NCBI GenBank assembly: GCA_017434555.1
Contig: JAFRFB010000048.1
Coordinates: 11,488-75,487, forward strand
DNA: 64,000 bases
Direction of reading: 5' to 3'
From: Methanobrevibacter sp.
GTDB lineage: Archaea > Methanobacteriota > Methanobacteria > Methanobacteriales > Methanobacteriaceae
A program made the position numbers and the translations under genes. Shown piece after piece: positions 10,400 through 21,317 of this stretch (positions are counted from its first letter, which is position 1; every line of letters begins with the position of its first letter). Below the pieces are notes generated by a model. That model did not search any database and was not told the DNA's origin. It was given only the letters and a program-made list of their open reading frames with translations.

Positions 10400-11608
10400 C
10401 TATAATTTTTTAGCTTTTGAAATGTGTTCGGTGAATGGGATTCTGTCGTCAGTGTCGAATCCAGGGATGTATCCGTAAACATCTCTTACTTTGTTGTTTA
10501 CAGTACTCCATACTTTGGATACAGGAATTTCACAAGGACAGACATCACTACATTGACCACAGTTGGTACATGCATCAACCATGTGAACCATACGGGTTAA
10601 GTGGAAGAATGGTGCTGCAGGAGTGTATCCACCAGGTACCCATTCAGGACCTTCAGCTTCAAGACAGCAGTCTTCACAGAAACATAATGGACATGCTTCA
10701 CGACAACCGTAACATTTCATACATTTGGAGAATTCTTCATCGTACATATGGAATACATCGATGATATCTCCGGTAGTACCAGCATAGTCTACTTCTTTTT
10801 TAGCGTTAGAAGCTTTGAGCATGAAGTTGTTGATGTTTTCTCTGATTTTGATACCTTTTTCGATTGGTTCAGCAACTTCAATTAAACCTGCGTCAATTAC
10901 ATCTGCTAAGATTTCAGAACCTTTGTCAGTGAATACTTCTACGAAAGTAGCTTTACCAGCTAATTCACCGATAACTCCCCAGTTACCTAATGCTAAGTCA
11001 GCATTGGATGGGATTTTTAAACTGCATCTTTGACAGTTTTCTCTTCTACCCATACCGTCTTCTTCTAAGTCTTCGATACCGAATCCTTTTTCTTCACCGT
11101 CAGCAGTTTCCATGATGAGTTTACCTTTAGAGATTTCTTCTTTAACAACATCTTTAGGGTCTAATTCATAGACTTCTTTAATCATGTTCATGGTTGGTAC
11201 AGGTGGTAATGTTCCTCCACAGTTTACACCGATCATGATGATGTTATCACCGATGATTTTTCCTCTTTTGATTAATTCTCTAATGGTCATTGCATCACAT
11301 GGTTTACATGAGACTGCAACTTTCATGTCTCTGCATCCGTCTAAGTATTTGTAAACGAATTTAGCTAAGTTTAAAGTACCACAGTGAATTGAACCAGCGG
11401 TTTTAATAATGTCTTCAGGTTCGGTTACTAAACATGGTACTGCGTCATATAAATCATGACCTTCTTCTACTCCAACAACTGCATCAACAGTTCCGCTTTC
11501 TAATAAGTATTTCATGATGGTAGTTACAACTCCACCATATTCACCTTTAGCTTTGATGTCGTCGTTAGCAGAGTAAGCATAATACATTTTTTCAATATTT
11601 GCGCTCAT
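10400..11608 (-). CDS. fdhB: F420-dependent formate dehydrogenase beta subunit
   Basis: [24 protein letters not shown] and [10 protein letters not shown]; [12 protein letters not shown] and [12 protein letters not shown]. Confidence 0.95.
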   Translation of the reverse strand: MSANIEKMYYAYSANDDIKAKGEYGGVVTTIMKYLLESGTVDAVVGVEEGHDLYDAVPCLVTEPEDIIKTAGSIHCGTLNLAKFVYKYLDGCRDMKVAVSCKPCDAMTIRELIKRGKIIGDNIIMIGVNCGGTLPPVPTMNMIKEVYELDPKDVVKEEISKGKLIMETADGEEKGFGIEDLEEDGMGRRENCQRCSLKIPSNADLALGNWGVIGELAGKATFVEVFTDKGSEILADVIDAGLIEVAEPIEKGIKIRENINNFMLKASNAKKEVDYAGTTGDIIDVFHMYDEEFSKCMKCYGCREACPLCFCEDCCLEAEGPEWVPGGYTPAAPFFHLTRMVHMVDACTNCGQCSDVCPCEIPVSKVWSTVNNKVRDVYGYIPGFDTDDRIPFTEHISKAKKL

Positions 11609-11625
11609 TTAAATCTACTCCCCAT

Positions 11626-13785
11626 TTATTTTCCTACAGTGGTAGTTGATATATCTTCAGCTTTTACTTCAGTATCAGTACCATATTTGTAGACTTCGTT
11701 TTTAATTTCGACTTTTTCATCGAATTTTTCAACTTCAATAGCACAAGCTTTTAATTCAACCATTTTAGATTTAGGGTCGAATGAATCAGAGTTAGTTAAT
11801 ACGTTAGCAGCACATTCAACGAAGTGCATAGGGATATTTACAATACCTTCTCTAATATCATCAGTTACACGTGCAGGAATAGCGATTTCTCCTCTTCTTG
11901 AGAATGCTCTTACAACTTCACCGTTGATAATTCCTCTTGCTTCTGCATCTTTAGTGTTGATTTCGATAAATCCAGTTTTAACTTCGTTAGATAAGGTTTC
12001 ACATCTTCTGGTCATAGCAGCGTGATAGTGGAACAATATTCTGGTAGTAGTTAATAATAATGGATATTCGTCGTCGACAGTTTCAACTGGTCCTTTGTGT
12101 TCTAATGCTTGGAAGACTCCTAAACCATCAGGGTGTGCAAATTTCTCTTTGTGCATTAATGGTTGACATGGGTCATCTTCAGATGGGCAAGGCCAGTGAA
12201 GTGCTTCAGGAGTGTCTAATCTTTTACGGTCCATACCAGCCATGATAGGAGCACATTCTCTGATTTCTTCAAAGATGTCTTCAGCTGATTCATAGTGGAA
12301 TAATTCTCTTGGGACACCCATTCTAACAGCGATTTCTTCCATGATTTTCCAATCTAACCATGCGCCTTCAGGTGGTTCTTGAGCTTTGTGTAAGCATTGT
12401 ACTCTTCTTTCACCACTGGTGAATGTACCTTCTTGTTCACCCCAACCTGCTGCTGGTAAAACAACGTCAGCACATTGTGCGGTGTCAGTTAAGAAACATT
12501 CTTGTACGACTAACATGTCTAAGTTAGCGAGAGCTTCTTTAGTGTGAGCTACATCTGCATCAGATAATACTGGGTCTTCACCGTGGATGTATAATACTTT
12601 TAAGTCTCCAGCGTGAGCAGCATTCATCATTTCAACTAAAGTTAAACCTGGTTTGGTAGGTAAGTTAACTTCGTATCCGTATCCGCTGTAGTAGTCATTG
12701 AACCATGCAGTAGTTTCTTCGTCTGCAACTTTTCTGTAACCTACGTAATCGGATGGTAATGCACCCATATCACAAGCACCTTGTACGTTGTTTTGTCCTC
12801 TTAATGGGTTTACACCAGTACCTTGTTTACCAATGTTACCTGTTAACATTGCGAGGTTTGCGGTGGACATAACGTTATCTGCACCGTGAGAGTGTTCGGT
12901 AATACCTAATGAGTATACAATAGCTGCTTTGTCAGCTGATGCGTATTCAACAGCTAAGTGTTCAATTACTTCAGGTTTGATACCGGTAATTTCAGAAGCC
13001 ATTTCTAAGTCGTATTTTTGTACAACTTCTTTCATTTCTTCGTAACCTTTGGTTCTGTTTGCAATGAATTCATCATCTTGTAATCCTTTATCGATGATTA
13101 CTTTAATCATTGCATTCATTAAAGCTACGTCAGTACCGGTTTCAAATTGTACATATTCATCTGCGATTTTTGCAGTAGGAGTGAATCTTGGGTCTAATAC
13201 AACTAATTTAGCACCGTTTTGTTTTGCTTGAATCATTTTACGTCCGAACAATGGGTGTGCTTCCATGTTGTTTGATCCGATACAGAATATGTAGTCTGCC
13301 TCTTTAATACTGTCGAAACCGTTTGTCATAGCACCGGATCCAAAAGTAGTTGCTAAACCAGCTACAGTAGGTCCGTGACAAATACGTGCACAGTGGTCTA
13401 CGTTTTGAGTACCACATGCTACTCTTGCTAATTTTTGAGTAATGTAAATGTTTTCGTTAGGTGAACGAGCACATGCGTAGAATCCAACTTTGTTTGGATC
13501 TTCATCAGATACTTCTTTGAGTTTGTTAGCAACTAAATCTAATGCTTCATCCCAGGAAGCTTCTCTAAATTCACCATTTTCTTTTATTAACGGAGTAGTT
13601 AATCTGTCTTCTCTGTTAATGAACTGATATCCAAAGTTACCTTTTGGACATACTTTACCCTCATTTACAGGGTGTCTTTTGTAAGGTTCTACCCCAATGA
13701 TTTTGCCGTCTTTAACTACGAAATTAATACCACAACCGGTACCACAGTATGGGCAAATAGATGGGACATATTTAATCTCAACCAT
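11626..13785 (-). CDS. fdhA: Formate dehydrogenase alpha subunit (Cys active site)
   Basis: CPYCGTGC...[15 protein letters not shown] and [15 protein letters not shown]. Confidence 0.97.
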   Translation of the reverse strand: MVEIKYVPSICPYCGTGCGINFVVKDGKIIGVEPYKRHPVNEGKVCPKGNFGYQFINREDRLTTPLIKENGEFREASWDEALDLVANKLKEVSDEDPNKVGFYACARSPNENIYITQKLARVACGTQNVDHCARICHGPTVAGLATTFGSGAMTNGFDSIKEADYIFCIGSNNMEAHPLFGRKMIQAKQNGAKLVVLDPRFTPTAKIADEYVQFETGTDVALMNAMIKVIIDKGLQDDEFIANRTKGYEEMKEVVQKYDLEMASEITGIKPEVIEHLAVEYASADKAAIVYSLGITEHSHGADNVMSTANLAMLTGNIGKQGTGVNPLRGQNNVQGACDMGALPSDYVGYRKVADEETTAWFNDYYSGYGYEVNLPTKPGLTLVEMMNAAHAGDLKVLYIHGEDPVLSDADVAHTKEALANLDMLVVQECFLTDTAQCADVVLPAAGWGEQEGTFTSGERRVQCLHKAQEPPEGAWLDWKIMEEIAVRMGVPRELFHYESAEDIFEEIRECAPIMAGMDRKRLDTPEALHWPCPSEDDPCQPLMHKEKFAHPDGLGVFQALEHKGPVETVDDEYPLLLTTTRILFHYHAAMTRRCETLSNEVKTGFIEINTKDAEARGIINGEVVRAFSRRGEIAIPARVTDDIREGIVNIPMHFVECAANVLTNSDSFDPKSKMVELKACAIEVEKFDEKVEIKNEVYKYGTDTEVKAEDISTTTVGK

Positions 13786-13826
13786 TTTATAATCTCCAAA
13801 ATTTTTTCATATCGAATAAAAAATTT

Positions 13827-13854
13827 TTTAAGAAGCAAATAAATGCTTCTTAAA
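13827..13854. terminator. 11-bp stem hairpin between fdhC and fdhA
   Basis: TTTAAGAAGCA-AATAAA-TGCTTCTTAAA, with a T-run shortly after it on the minus strand. Confidence 0.55.
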
Positions 13855-13866
13855 TTGTTTTTACAC

Positions 13867-14658
13867 TTAATCTTTAAGATAAGTGTACCAGTATATACAA
13901 GCTACGAATACAGCTCCACCAACAATGTTTCCTAAAGTTACAGGAACTAAGTTGTTAATAATCATTGTAGACCAGGTTACACCTTCAGCACCTAAGAATA
14001 AACCTAATGGTATGAAGAACATGTTTGCAACACTGTGCTCAAATCCGATGGTAACGAAAGCCATAATTGGGAACCAGATACCAACGATTTTACCAATGAT
14101 ATCATCAGATGCATTAGCTAACCATACAGCTAAACATACAAGCCAGTTACAACCAATTGCTTTAATAAACGCTTGGGCAAATGGCATTTTGACTTTTGCA
14201 GCAGCCACAGCAGTTGCTTTGGTTGCAAATGCTGAATCAGCTGGGAATAAACCTCCCATGTAAGCAAGAACGAATGCAACAAATAAAGCACCGACAAAGT
14301 TGAATAACCAACTTAATACCCAATTTTTTGCAAGTCCGCCTACAGATGCAGAACCGTCTAATACACCGATGGTCATAAACATTACGTTACCGGTGAATAA
14401 CTCGGATCCTGCGAGAACTACAATAATCAAACCTACAGGGAACACTGCACCGAATACGAATTTTTCTAATCCGACAGGTGCTCCTGCAGCTAACATTCCT
14501 GCACTAGCGATTTCAGCTAGTAATCCTCCGAATGCGATATAAGCTCCTGCTAAAAAGGAGAGTAAAATCACATTTACAATATTTGCTGAGTTTTTAGCTC
14601 CAGCAGTTGCAGATATTGCTTTTGCAGTATCTACTGGACTTTTAAAAGATGAACTCAT
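13867..14658 (-). CDS. fdhC: Formate channel (FNT family)
   Basis: [32 protein letters not shown] and [10 protein letters not shown]. Confidence 0.95.
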   Translation of the reverse strand: MSSSFKSPVDTAKAISATAGAKNSANIVNVILLSFLAGAYIAFGGLLAEIASAGMLAAGAPVGLEKFVFGAVFPVGLIIVVLAGSELFTGNVMFMTIGVLDGSASVGGLAKNWVLSWLFNFVGALFVAFVLAYMGGLFPADSAFATKATAVAAAKVKMPFAQAFIKAIGCNWLVCLAVWLANASDDIIGKIVGIWFPIMAFVTIGFEHSVANMFFIPLGLFLGAEGVTWSTMIINNLVPVTLGNIVGGAVFVACIYWYTYLKD

Positions 14659-14944
14659 AATCTCAACCTCTTTTTATCCCCTTATAAATTAATTTATAGT
14701 ATAATACATATGAATCTGCCAAACAGTATAATCCATTGTATTATGATTATTATATATAGTCATTATATAATAAAAAGGCTTTGTTATTAGAACGTAAAAG
14801 AAAATTTTAAATACTATTAAAAGAATAAATAAAAAGTTAATGATAAATCATGATAGATAGTTGTTCACATCGATTCATTTTTATAAACTCTGTTTGAATG
14901 TTACGAATAAAATAATAAAAAAACAAATAAAAAAATAGTTTGAA

Positions 14945-15244
14945 TTAACCCGATACCATTACTAATTCGCCCGTATTAGGATCCTCATAGACTTTTCCAA
15001 CTTCATTAAAGCCACTATCTTCAATTCCGCCGGCATCAGAATAAGTCTGATTGAATGTATCAGCCGTTGAAACATCTTGAGTGTTCGGTGAATTTGAAAT
15101 TAACTCGGGATTTGCAGATAAAGCCATAATAGCAAAAATTAAGAATCCTAAAGCTAAAACCAACATCGCATCTGAAAGATTGGTTAGACCAGACATTGGG
15201 TCATCATCGATGGAATCACTGATTCTTCGTTTTTTTCTAAGCAT
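14945..15244 (-). CDS. DUF2149 / ExbD-HmuV-like single-pass membrane protein
   Basis: DDPMSGLTNLSDAMLVLALG (Asp in the TM segment, like ExbD IDVMLVL) and C-terminal GKVYEDPNTGELVMV. Confidence 0.8.
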   Translation of the reverse strand: MLRKKRRISDSIDDDPMSGLTNLSDAMLVLALGFLIFAIMALSANPELISNSPNTQDVSTADTFNQTYSDAGGIEDSGFNEVGKVYEDPNTGELVMVSG

Positions 15245-15250
15245 AAATTA

Positions 15251-15895
15251 TCACTTCTGATTGTTCAATGATTCGAGTTCAACCTCAGCTAAAGTTTCAA
15301 CTTCAATTAAATCTGATTCATACCACTGTTTTTTAAATTTAGAAATCAGATAACCGACACCACCAACAGCAAGCCCAGTAACAGTAGTATCAAAAGCTAT
15401 AGTTAACGATTCCGCAAGAGTTGTTATATCACCACTGCCCAAAGCTGCAAGACCTGGCCCTAAAGGAATTAATGTGCCTAAAAGACCTAAAATAGGACCT
15501 AACCTGACTAGTATATCGGTTTTATTAGTACTCTTAATTAATCTGGTTTCTTCACTGGAAACTAACTCACTGGCCAAGGCTTCTCTTGCTTTTGTACCGA
15601 TATCATGATTTTCTGCAATTTTTACAAGAACATCCTTTTGCCAATCAAACAAATTACTGTTATTTACATAGTCTTCAATTTCAGATGGAGAATCGGAAAA
15701 TGAAATATCACGGACTAATTTTTCAAATTCGTCAGGTTTGATAGGTTTTCTTGAAAACCTTTCATTAATCATTCCTCCAAGACATAAAATGACTAAAACT
15801 ACAAAAATTACCAAGATTATAACAACAGGAGTTAATAAACTCTCTGAAATTATATGAATTAATGAAGTTAAAGTTTCTGTACCTCGAATTATCAT
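15251..15895 (-). CDS. MotA/TolQ/ExbB proton-channel family protein (HmuU-like)
   Basis: RLGPILGLLGTLIPLGPGLAAL and LAESLTIAFDTTVTGL. Confidence 0.9.
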   Translation of the reverse strand: MIIRGTETLTSLIHIISESLLTPVVIILVIFVVLVILCLGGMINERFSRKPIKPDEFEKLVRDISFSDSPSEIEDYVNNSNLFDWQKDVLVKIAENHDIGTKAREALASELVSSEETRLIKSTNKTDILVRLGPILGLLGTLIPLGPGLAALGSGDITTLAESLTIAFDTTVTGLAVGGVGYLISKFKKQWYESDLIEVETLAEVELESLNNQK

Positions 15896-15898
15896 AAA

Positions 15899-16543
15899 CT
15901 ACCTCAAATTTTTTTTATCATTCCAATAAGATCCAATAATTAAAACAATGACAATTCCTATTATAACATATATTAGCTGATATGTTGGAGTTAATATTAA
16001 AAATGATGAAAACATTTTATAATCCAAATTCATAATAGAAACATAGGTTAAACCAAAAATAAAAATTAAAATTCCTGATAAAGACATGAACTCCCCAATT
16101 ATAACATCATAGGGGCGCTTCGCAAAAATTAATAATTTAGAAGATTGAAATGCCACAATCATTACAATTATTGAAACAACAGATAACAATAAGCCATTAA
16201 ATACATATTCATTCAATTGTGAAGCCAATAAAAATGATGTTATATAATATAATAATATAGTGGCTGAAATTACCGGCATTAATTTGATGTTAATCTTCAG
16301 ATAAACAATCATTATAATAAATATTATTATAGAGATTAAAATGAAAATATATGCCAGATAATCACCTAAACTAAAAGTCAATAGGCTTGAAGTGAAAACC
16401 ACAATAAATAAGATTATTCCTATCAACATAAATATCAGGCTACTTTTTATGTTATTTAATCTGAAATTACCGAAAAAAAGACCAATATTTGCTGAAAATA
16501 AAATTGTGGTAATTAATAAATAACTAAAAATCAAATCAAACAT
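15899..16543 (-). CDS. Polytopic membrane protein, DUF2162/HmuT-like
   Basis: About 7 hydrophobic segments with IIGEFMSLSG motif; only 3 bp from the ExbB-like gene. Family inferred from context. Confidence 0.55.
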   Translation of the reverse strand: MFDLIFSYLLITTILFSANIGLFFGNFRLNNIKSSLIFMLIGIILFIVVFTSSLLTFSLGDYLAYIFILISIIIFIIMIVYLKINIKLMPVISATILLYYITSFLLASQLNEYVFNGLLLSVVSIIVMIVAFQSSKLLIFAKRPYDVIIGEFMSLSGILIFIFGLTYVSIMNLDYKMFSSFLILTPTYQLIYVIIGIVIVLIIGSYWNDKKNLR

Positions 16544-16635
16544 ATTTATAGCTCATTAAATTATTATAATAAGTAATATAACAATATAAATATATAAACA
16601 TATCGTTAATTAAAAAAAGAAAAATGAAACAGACT

Positions 16636-18456
16636 TTATTGTCCATTTCTTTTGTTTAACATGAATTTTACATCATCCCTATAATATAAGCCAATTACAC
16701 AAAGGATTAATGCCAAAATAAAACCTATTCCAGCTATTCTAACAACTTCTTCATCAATATTCAAAGATTTAGCAACTGATTTTTTTGGAGTTGAATCAGA
16801 TGCTGATTGCTGTGCATTATCACTTGATACCGCTTGAGAAGCTGACTGGCCAGAACTTTCAGCACTTTGGGAAGATGCCTGTTCAACAGCATTATTAGAA
16901 TTAGCGACATTTGCCGGATTCTGGCTTTGAGGAGATCCGGAATTTTGATTTGTGGAAGTTCCATTTCCTTCAATCTGTTCTGAATTGCCATTTGTTCCAT
17001 TACTTGTGCTAGATGAAGAATCATCATCTTTAGTCGGAACATCCGGAACTACAGGAACATCCGGAGTAACAGGAGCAGGCGGGACATAATCTTTCATCTG
17101 ATATTCATAATTGTTATTGCTTTCAAAATAATCAAACACAAGATTTCCATCAGCATTTGCAACATTTATAGTAGCTTTTCCATCAGTTAATGTAGCATAT
17201 TGCCAATTGCGGCCACCATTTGTTGAATACCTGAGTAATGAATCGGTTTTTATTCCATCAACGCTAACGGATAATGTATTGGAGTCCAATTGATTTACAT
17301 TCATGTGATATTTTTTAAATTTGACTTTTTCACAAACACCATTAAATCTAGGATTATCAGAGGCAATCCAGTTAGTATTCAGTTCAATGTTCATGTAAAT
17401 ACTGTCTCTTGCTAAAACGTTAAAGTCCTTATTGTAAACAATGGAATTATTACCAATGTTCAATACACCGGAATCATAGGATTTACGGTAATTTTCACCG
17501 AAATAAATACCATTTCCATTATTGCGCTGAATAGTATTATATTCAATGTTTAAATCATCATCTCCAGCCATATCAATGAAAATACCGTTTTCATTTCTCT
17601 CCAAAGTATTTCCTAACACGTTTGAATGTAATCCTGATTTAGCAAAACTGATAGCATCATTTTCAGATTTTGAAATATAATTTGAAATAATTTGAGTATC
17701 CAAAACGTTTTCGTCAAGATAAATTCCATTATAATTATTTAAAAGATTGTTTGCTGAAATATTTGCATTATTTGAATTTTTTAAATAAATTCCATTATAA
17801 TTATTAACAATATCATTAAAAGAAACTTCAACATTATTGGAATTTTCTATGGCAATACCGTCTGATCCTCCGGAAATAACCAGGTTGGAAATCTTAACAT
17901 CATCTGACTTTACAGTTATGACTGGAGATTTGGAATTTCCATTAAAAACTGACTTTACAATACTGATGATGTTTAGTGATTTTTCTACGTTAACAGCTAC
18001 ATCATTATATGTGCTTCCCGCAAAAATCAGAGTATCACCAGAATTTGCATCATCAATGATTTTTTGGATATCATTTCCGGATAAATTATCTTTAATCAGC
18101 GTTCCCTCATTATGTGAAACATATATCGTATTGTTGTTAATCAGTTTTTGATTGTTTGAATCCACATATGCTGTAGAAATTGGATAAATACCATCTTCAA
18201 GATTAATATTCAAAAATGCAAAACCATTCAGGTCAGTTAATCTCGTATAATTAATTCCATTTACTGAAAAAATTATCGTTTGATTAATCAGCGGATTATT
18301 ATCAGCTGATTTGAGTGATGCGTTGTATTCAAGATTATCTCCAAGTAAATCCGCATCCGAAGTATTCAATACGACATTGGAAACATCAGTCAAATTATCC
18401 TCAGCACTGACAACATTGATTGAAACAATAATCATCAAAAGCGAAATTAAAATCAT
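16636..18456 (-). CDS. Membrane-anchored surface protein (Ig-like + right-handed beta-helix + Pro/Ser linker + C-terminal TM)
   Basis: Signal peptide, TFSVNGINYTRLTD ALP repeat, parallel beta-helix repeats, VPPAPVTPDVPVVPDVP, Ser/Asn/Gln linker and TM IAGIGFILALILCVIGLYY. Confidence 0.85.
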   Translation of the reverse strand: MILISLLMIIVSINVVSAEDNLTDVSNVVLNTSDADLLGDNLEYNASLKSADNNPLINQTIIFSVNGINYTRLTDLNGFAFLNINLEDGIYPISTAYVDSNNQKLINNNTIYVSHNEGTLIKDNLSGNDIQKIIDDANSGDTLIFAGSTYNDVAVNVEKSLNIISIVKSVFNGNSKSPVITVKSDDVKISNLVISGGSDGIAIENSNNVEVSFNDIVNNYNGIYLKNSNNANISANNLLNNYNGIYLDENVLDTQIISNYISKSENDAISFAKSGLHSNVLGNTLERNENGIFIDMAGDDDLNIEYNTIQRNNGNGIYFGENYRKSYDSGVLNIGNNSIVYNKDFNVLARDSIYMNIELNTNWIASDNPRFNGVCEKVKFKKYHMNVNQLDSNTLSVSVDGIKTDSLLRYSTNGGRNWQYATLTDGKATINVANADGNLVFDYFESNNNYEYQMKDYVPPAPVTPDVPVVPDVPTKDDDSSSSTSNGTNGNSEQIEGNGTSTNQNSGSPQSQNPANVANSNNAVEQASSQSAESSGQSASQAVSSDNAQQSASDSTPKKSVAKSLNIDEEVVRIAGIGFILALILCVIGLYYRDDVKFMLNKRNGQ

Positions 18457-18494
18457 TTTCCTGTTCAGATTTTCACCTCCATTATAATCGATTG

Positions 18495-18513
18495 TAATGT
18501 ATGGTTTACATTA
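18495..18513. promoter_or_regulatory. Palindrome TAATGTA-TGGTT-TACATTA downstream of a TATA box
   Basis: 7-bp arms, 13 bp downstream of the minus-strand TTTATATA (18526-18533) serving the 16636-18456 gene. Confidence 0.45.
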
Positions 18514-18837
18514 TCTTGATATAACTATATAAATAATTCGACTCTATTTTTTAAAAAAAAACATTGAATATTAATCGAGATGAATATTATAAAATTCGTT
18601 AAAAAAATGAAATATATAATTATAATCATATAAAAATTAAAAGAATTATTAAATTATTTATAGATTATTAATAAATAAATTAAATAAAATTAATTGATAA
18701 TTTATCGAATGATAATAATCTTTATATAGTGTCTATATTAAAAATTAATATTGCTAATAATTAATTAATGGCATATGAAAGTAATTATCTCATTAGTTTT
18801 ATTAGTTCAGTTTAATAATATAAGGAGAGAAAAAAAT

Positions 18838-21051
18838 ATGAAACTTAATAATAAAATTTTAGCATTATTATTTGTTTTTATTGCTATTGTTTCTATTTCT
18901 GCAGTTTCTGCTGAAGATGTTGCAACCGATAATATTGTAGCAGCTCCAGTTGATGATGTTGCAGTTGTTGAAGCAAGCGCTGATAATGTATTGGGTGCAA
19001 GTCATGACGTACCTGCCAATGCAACAATATCAGACATTGAAGCTATAATAGCAAATACTAGTGCTGGTGACACACTTAATTTCGCAGAAAACGCAGTATA
19101 TGATTTCGGCAATAATAGTGACCCTATTGAAATTGCACACACCCTTATCTTACAGGGTAACAATGCAACCATTAAAGGTTATCAAGGATTCCTTTTCCAA
19201 GCTGATGAGGAAAGCGTTGCCGGATCACAAGTATACAACATGAACTTTGAAGTTTACCAACCAGTCCTCTGGAACGGTCGTGCACTAGACTTTGAAGGTG
19301 GAAGTGACTACATTATAGAAAACTGTACATTTAAAAACGGTAATTCAGGAATTTATGTAAGAAGACCTTCAGGTAATGTACTCATCAATAATAACTACTT
19401 CTTCGCTGATGAAGGTGCAACAAATGCAAGTACCGTTAAAAAAGATTTCTCAAAACAGGAAACCGGTTCAAAAGCAATTAACCTTATGGGTGGTTCAGGC
19501 ATTACTATTACCAATAACATCTTTGAAGGAGACTACCTCGATGCTATATCCATTGCATCCGGTGCTTCCAATGTAGAAGCATATGACAATTACATGGACA
19601 GTGTATGGTATGGTGTTTTCTACGGCGGTGGAATTACAAACATTACAATGGAAAGAAATGTATTTGGAAATTCAAAAGCATTTGCTATGGGTATTATTAA
19701 AGCAGCAGGAAATTCCGAAATACATGAAAATACCTTCATTACTCCGGAATATGAAACTGCAATTTTCGTACAAGAAGGTAATACCGCTCACGGTGCTCCA
19801 AGTAGAATCGAAACTATCCACATTGACGATAACAAGTTCATGGGTGCAAATACTGTAGCTGTTGCTTCCCAAAGTGAAGGCGGTATGATTACTCCTAAAG
19901 GAGAATTCACCGTAACCGAAAATGAGATTGAAGAAGGCGTTACCGTATTCTTCTTTAACGATAACAACACATACACTTTCTCAACCAACAACTTTGTATC
20001 TGAAGATAAACATGTTTATATCGAAAACAACAATGTAATGAAAAAAGACGAAGCAATCATCAATATTTATGAAGAATCAGTAGAGTTAACTTTACCAGAA
20101 GATGCAACCGGATACTTATTAGTTGACGTTGATGGCGTCGGTTACTATGTTCCTGTTGAAGTTGGTGAAGCAGAATTTGAAATGCCTGAATTAGCACCAG
20201 GAGAATATATTGTAATCGCTACTTACACCGGTGATGAAAAATATGAGGAATACACTGAAGTTGCAAACATTACTGTTGAAGAACCTACTGAAACTATTAT
20301 CAGTGAAGATTTAACTAAAATCGAAAAATCTCCAGTTAAATTTGATGCTACTTTCACTGATGAAAACGGCACTGCTTTAGCCAATACCAAAGTTACATTC
20401 GAAATTATGGGTGGTACCTACACCAGAACCACTGACGCTAACGGTACTGCACATATGGATATTAACTTAGAGGCTGGTGAATACACAATCTCCATGGTTA
20501 ACCCAGTTACTGGTGAAGAAAAAGAAAACATTGTTACTGTTTTACCAAGAATTCTAGCTGATGATTTAACCAAATACTACAAAAACGAATCACAATTCGT
20601 CGTTCAAGTTTTAGATGATGAAGGCAATCCTGCTAAAGCTGGTGAATTAGTAACATTCAACATCAACGGAGTATTCTACAACAGAACAACCGATGCTAAT
20701 GGTACCGCTAGGTTAAATATTAACTTACGTGACGACACTTATATTATTACAACTGAATACAAAGGTTGTAAAGCTGCTAATAGCATTACTGTTTTACCTA
20801 TTTTAACTGGTAAAGACTTAACCAAAAAATACGGTACTCCTGATCAATTTGAAGCAACTTTAGTTGATGGCCAAGGTAAACCTTTCGCTAATCAAATTGT
20901 AGCTTTCAACATCAACGGAGAAATCTATTTCCGTACTACCAACAGTGATGGTATTGCAAAATTAAACATTAACTTACAAGAAGGCATATACATTATAACT
21001 TCATACTATAATGACTTCAGTACATCAAACACAATTACTGTAACTGCCTAA
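18838..21051 (+). CDS. Adhesin-like protein (beta-helix, Ig-like and C-terminal ALP repeats)
   Basis: Start at ATG 18838 after a GGAGAG RBS; signal peptide; repeats such as VTFNINGVFYNRTTDANG. Confidence 0.88.
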   Translation: MKLNNKILALLFVFIAIVSISAVSAEDVATDNIVAAPVDDVAVVEASADNVLGASHDVPANATISDIEAIIANTSAGDTLNFAENAVYDFGNNSDPIEIAHTLILQGNNATIKGYQGFLFQADEESVAGSQVYNMNFEVYQPVLWNGRALDFEGGSDYIIENCTFKNGNSGIYVRRPSGNVLINNNYFFADEGATNASTVKKDFSKQETGSKAINLMGGSGITITNNIFEGDYLDAISIASGASNVEAYDNYMDSVWYGVFYGGGITNITMERNVFGNSKAFAMGIIKAAGNSEIHENTFITPEYETAIFVQEGNTAHGAPSRIETIHIDDNKFMGANTVAVASQSEGGMITPKGEFTVTENEIEEGVTVFFFNDNNTYTFSTNNFVSEDKHVYIENNNVMKKDEAIINIYEESVELTLPEDATGYLLVDVDGVGYYVPVEVGEAEFEMPELAPGEYIVIATYTGDEKYEEYTEVANITVEEPTETIISEDLTKIEKSPVKFDATFTDENGTALANTKVTFEIMGGTYTRTTDANGTAHMDINLEAGEYTISMVNPVTGEEKENIVTVLPRILADDLTKYYKNESQFVVQVLDDEGNPAKAGELVTFNINGVFYNRTTDANGTARLNINLRDDTYIITTEYKGCKAANSITVLPILTGKDLTKKYGTPDQFEATLVDGQGKPFANQIVAFNINGEIYFRTTNSDGIAKLNINLQEGIYIITSYYNDFSTSNTITVTA

Positions 21052-21052
21052 G

Positions 21053-21087
21053 ATGAGAAGTCTTACTTCTCATATTTTTATTTTTTA
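21053..21087 (+). terminator. Hairpin plus T-tract terminator
   Basis: ATGAGAAG-TCTTA-CTTCTCAT followed by ATTTTTATTTTTTT. Confidence 0.65.
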
Positions 21088-21317
21088 ATAATTAACCACA
21101 TTCATATCATTTAACAAAAAATTAATTATAATCTTTATTTTTAATATAATTTAGACTGATAAATCAATACAACCATTAATAAATATTAATTTTTATTATT
21201 TTTTTATAAAATAACTATTATAACAATTATTAAAATAATAGAATATTTTTAATAATATGAATTATAATACATATCAATAGTTATAATTCTATTCAAATAT
21301 GGGAGGAATTAAGTTTT

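Noticed and set aside
4187-13785. Selenocysteine recoding in fwdB or fdhA
   Set aside because: Active-site residues are Cys (TICHGP, RICHGP) and there is no in-frame TGA.
14683-14736. TATAAATTAATTTATA palindrome and AGTATAATMCAT direct repeat upstream of fdhC
   Set aside because: Nearly all A/T in an AT-rich spacer, so expected by chance.
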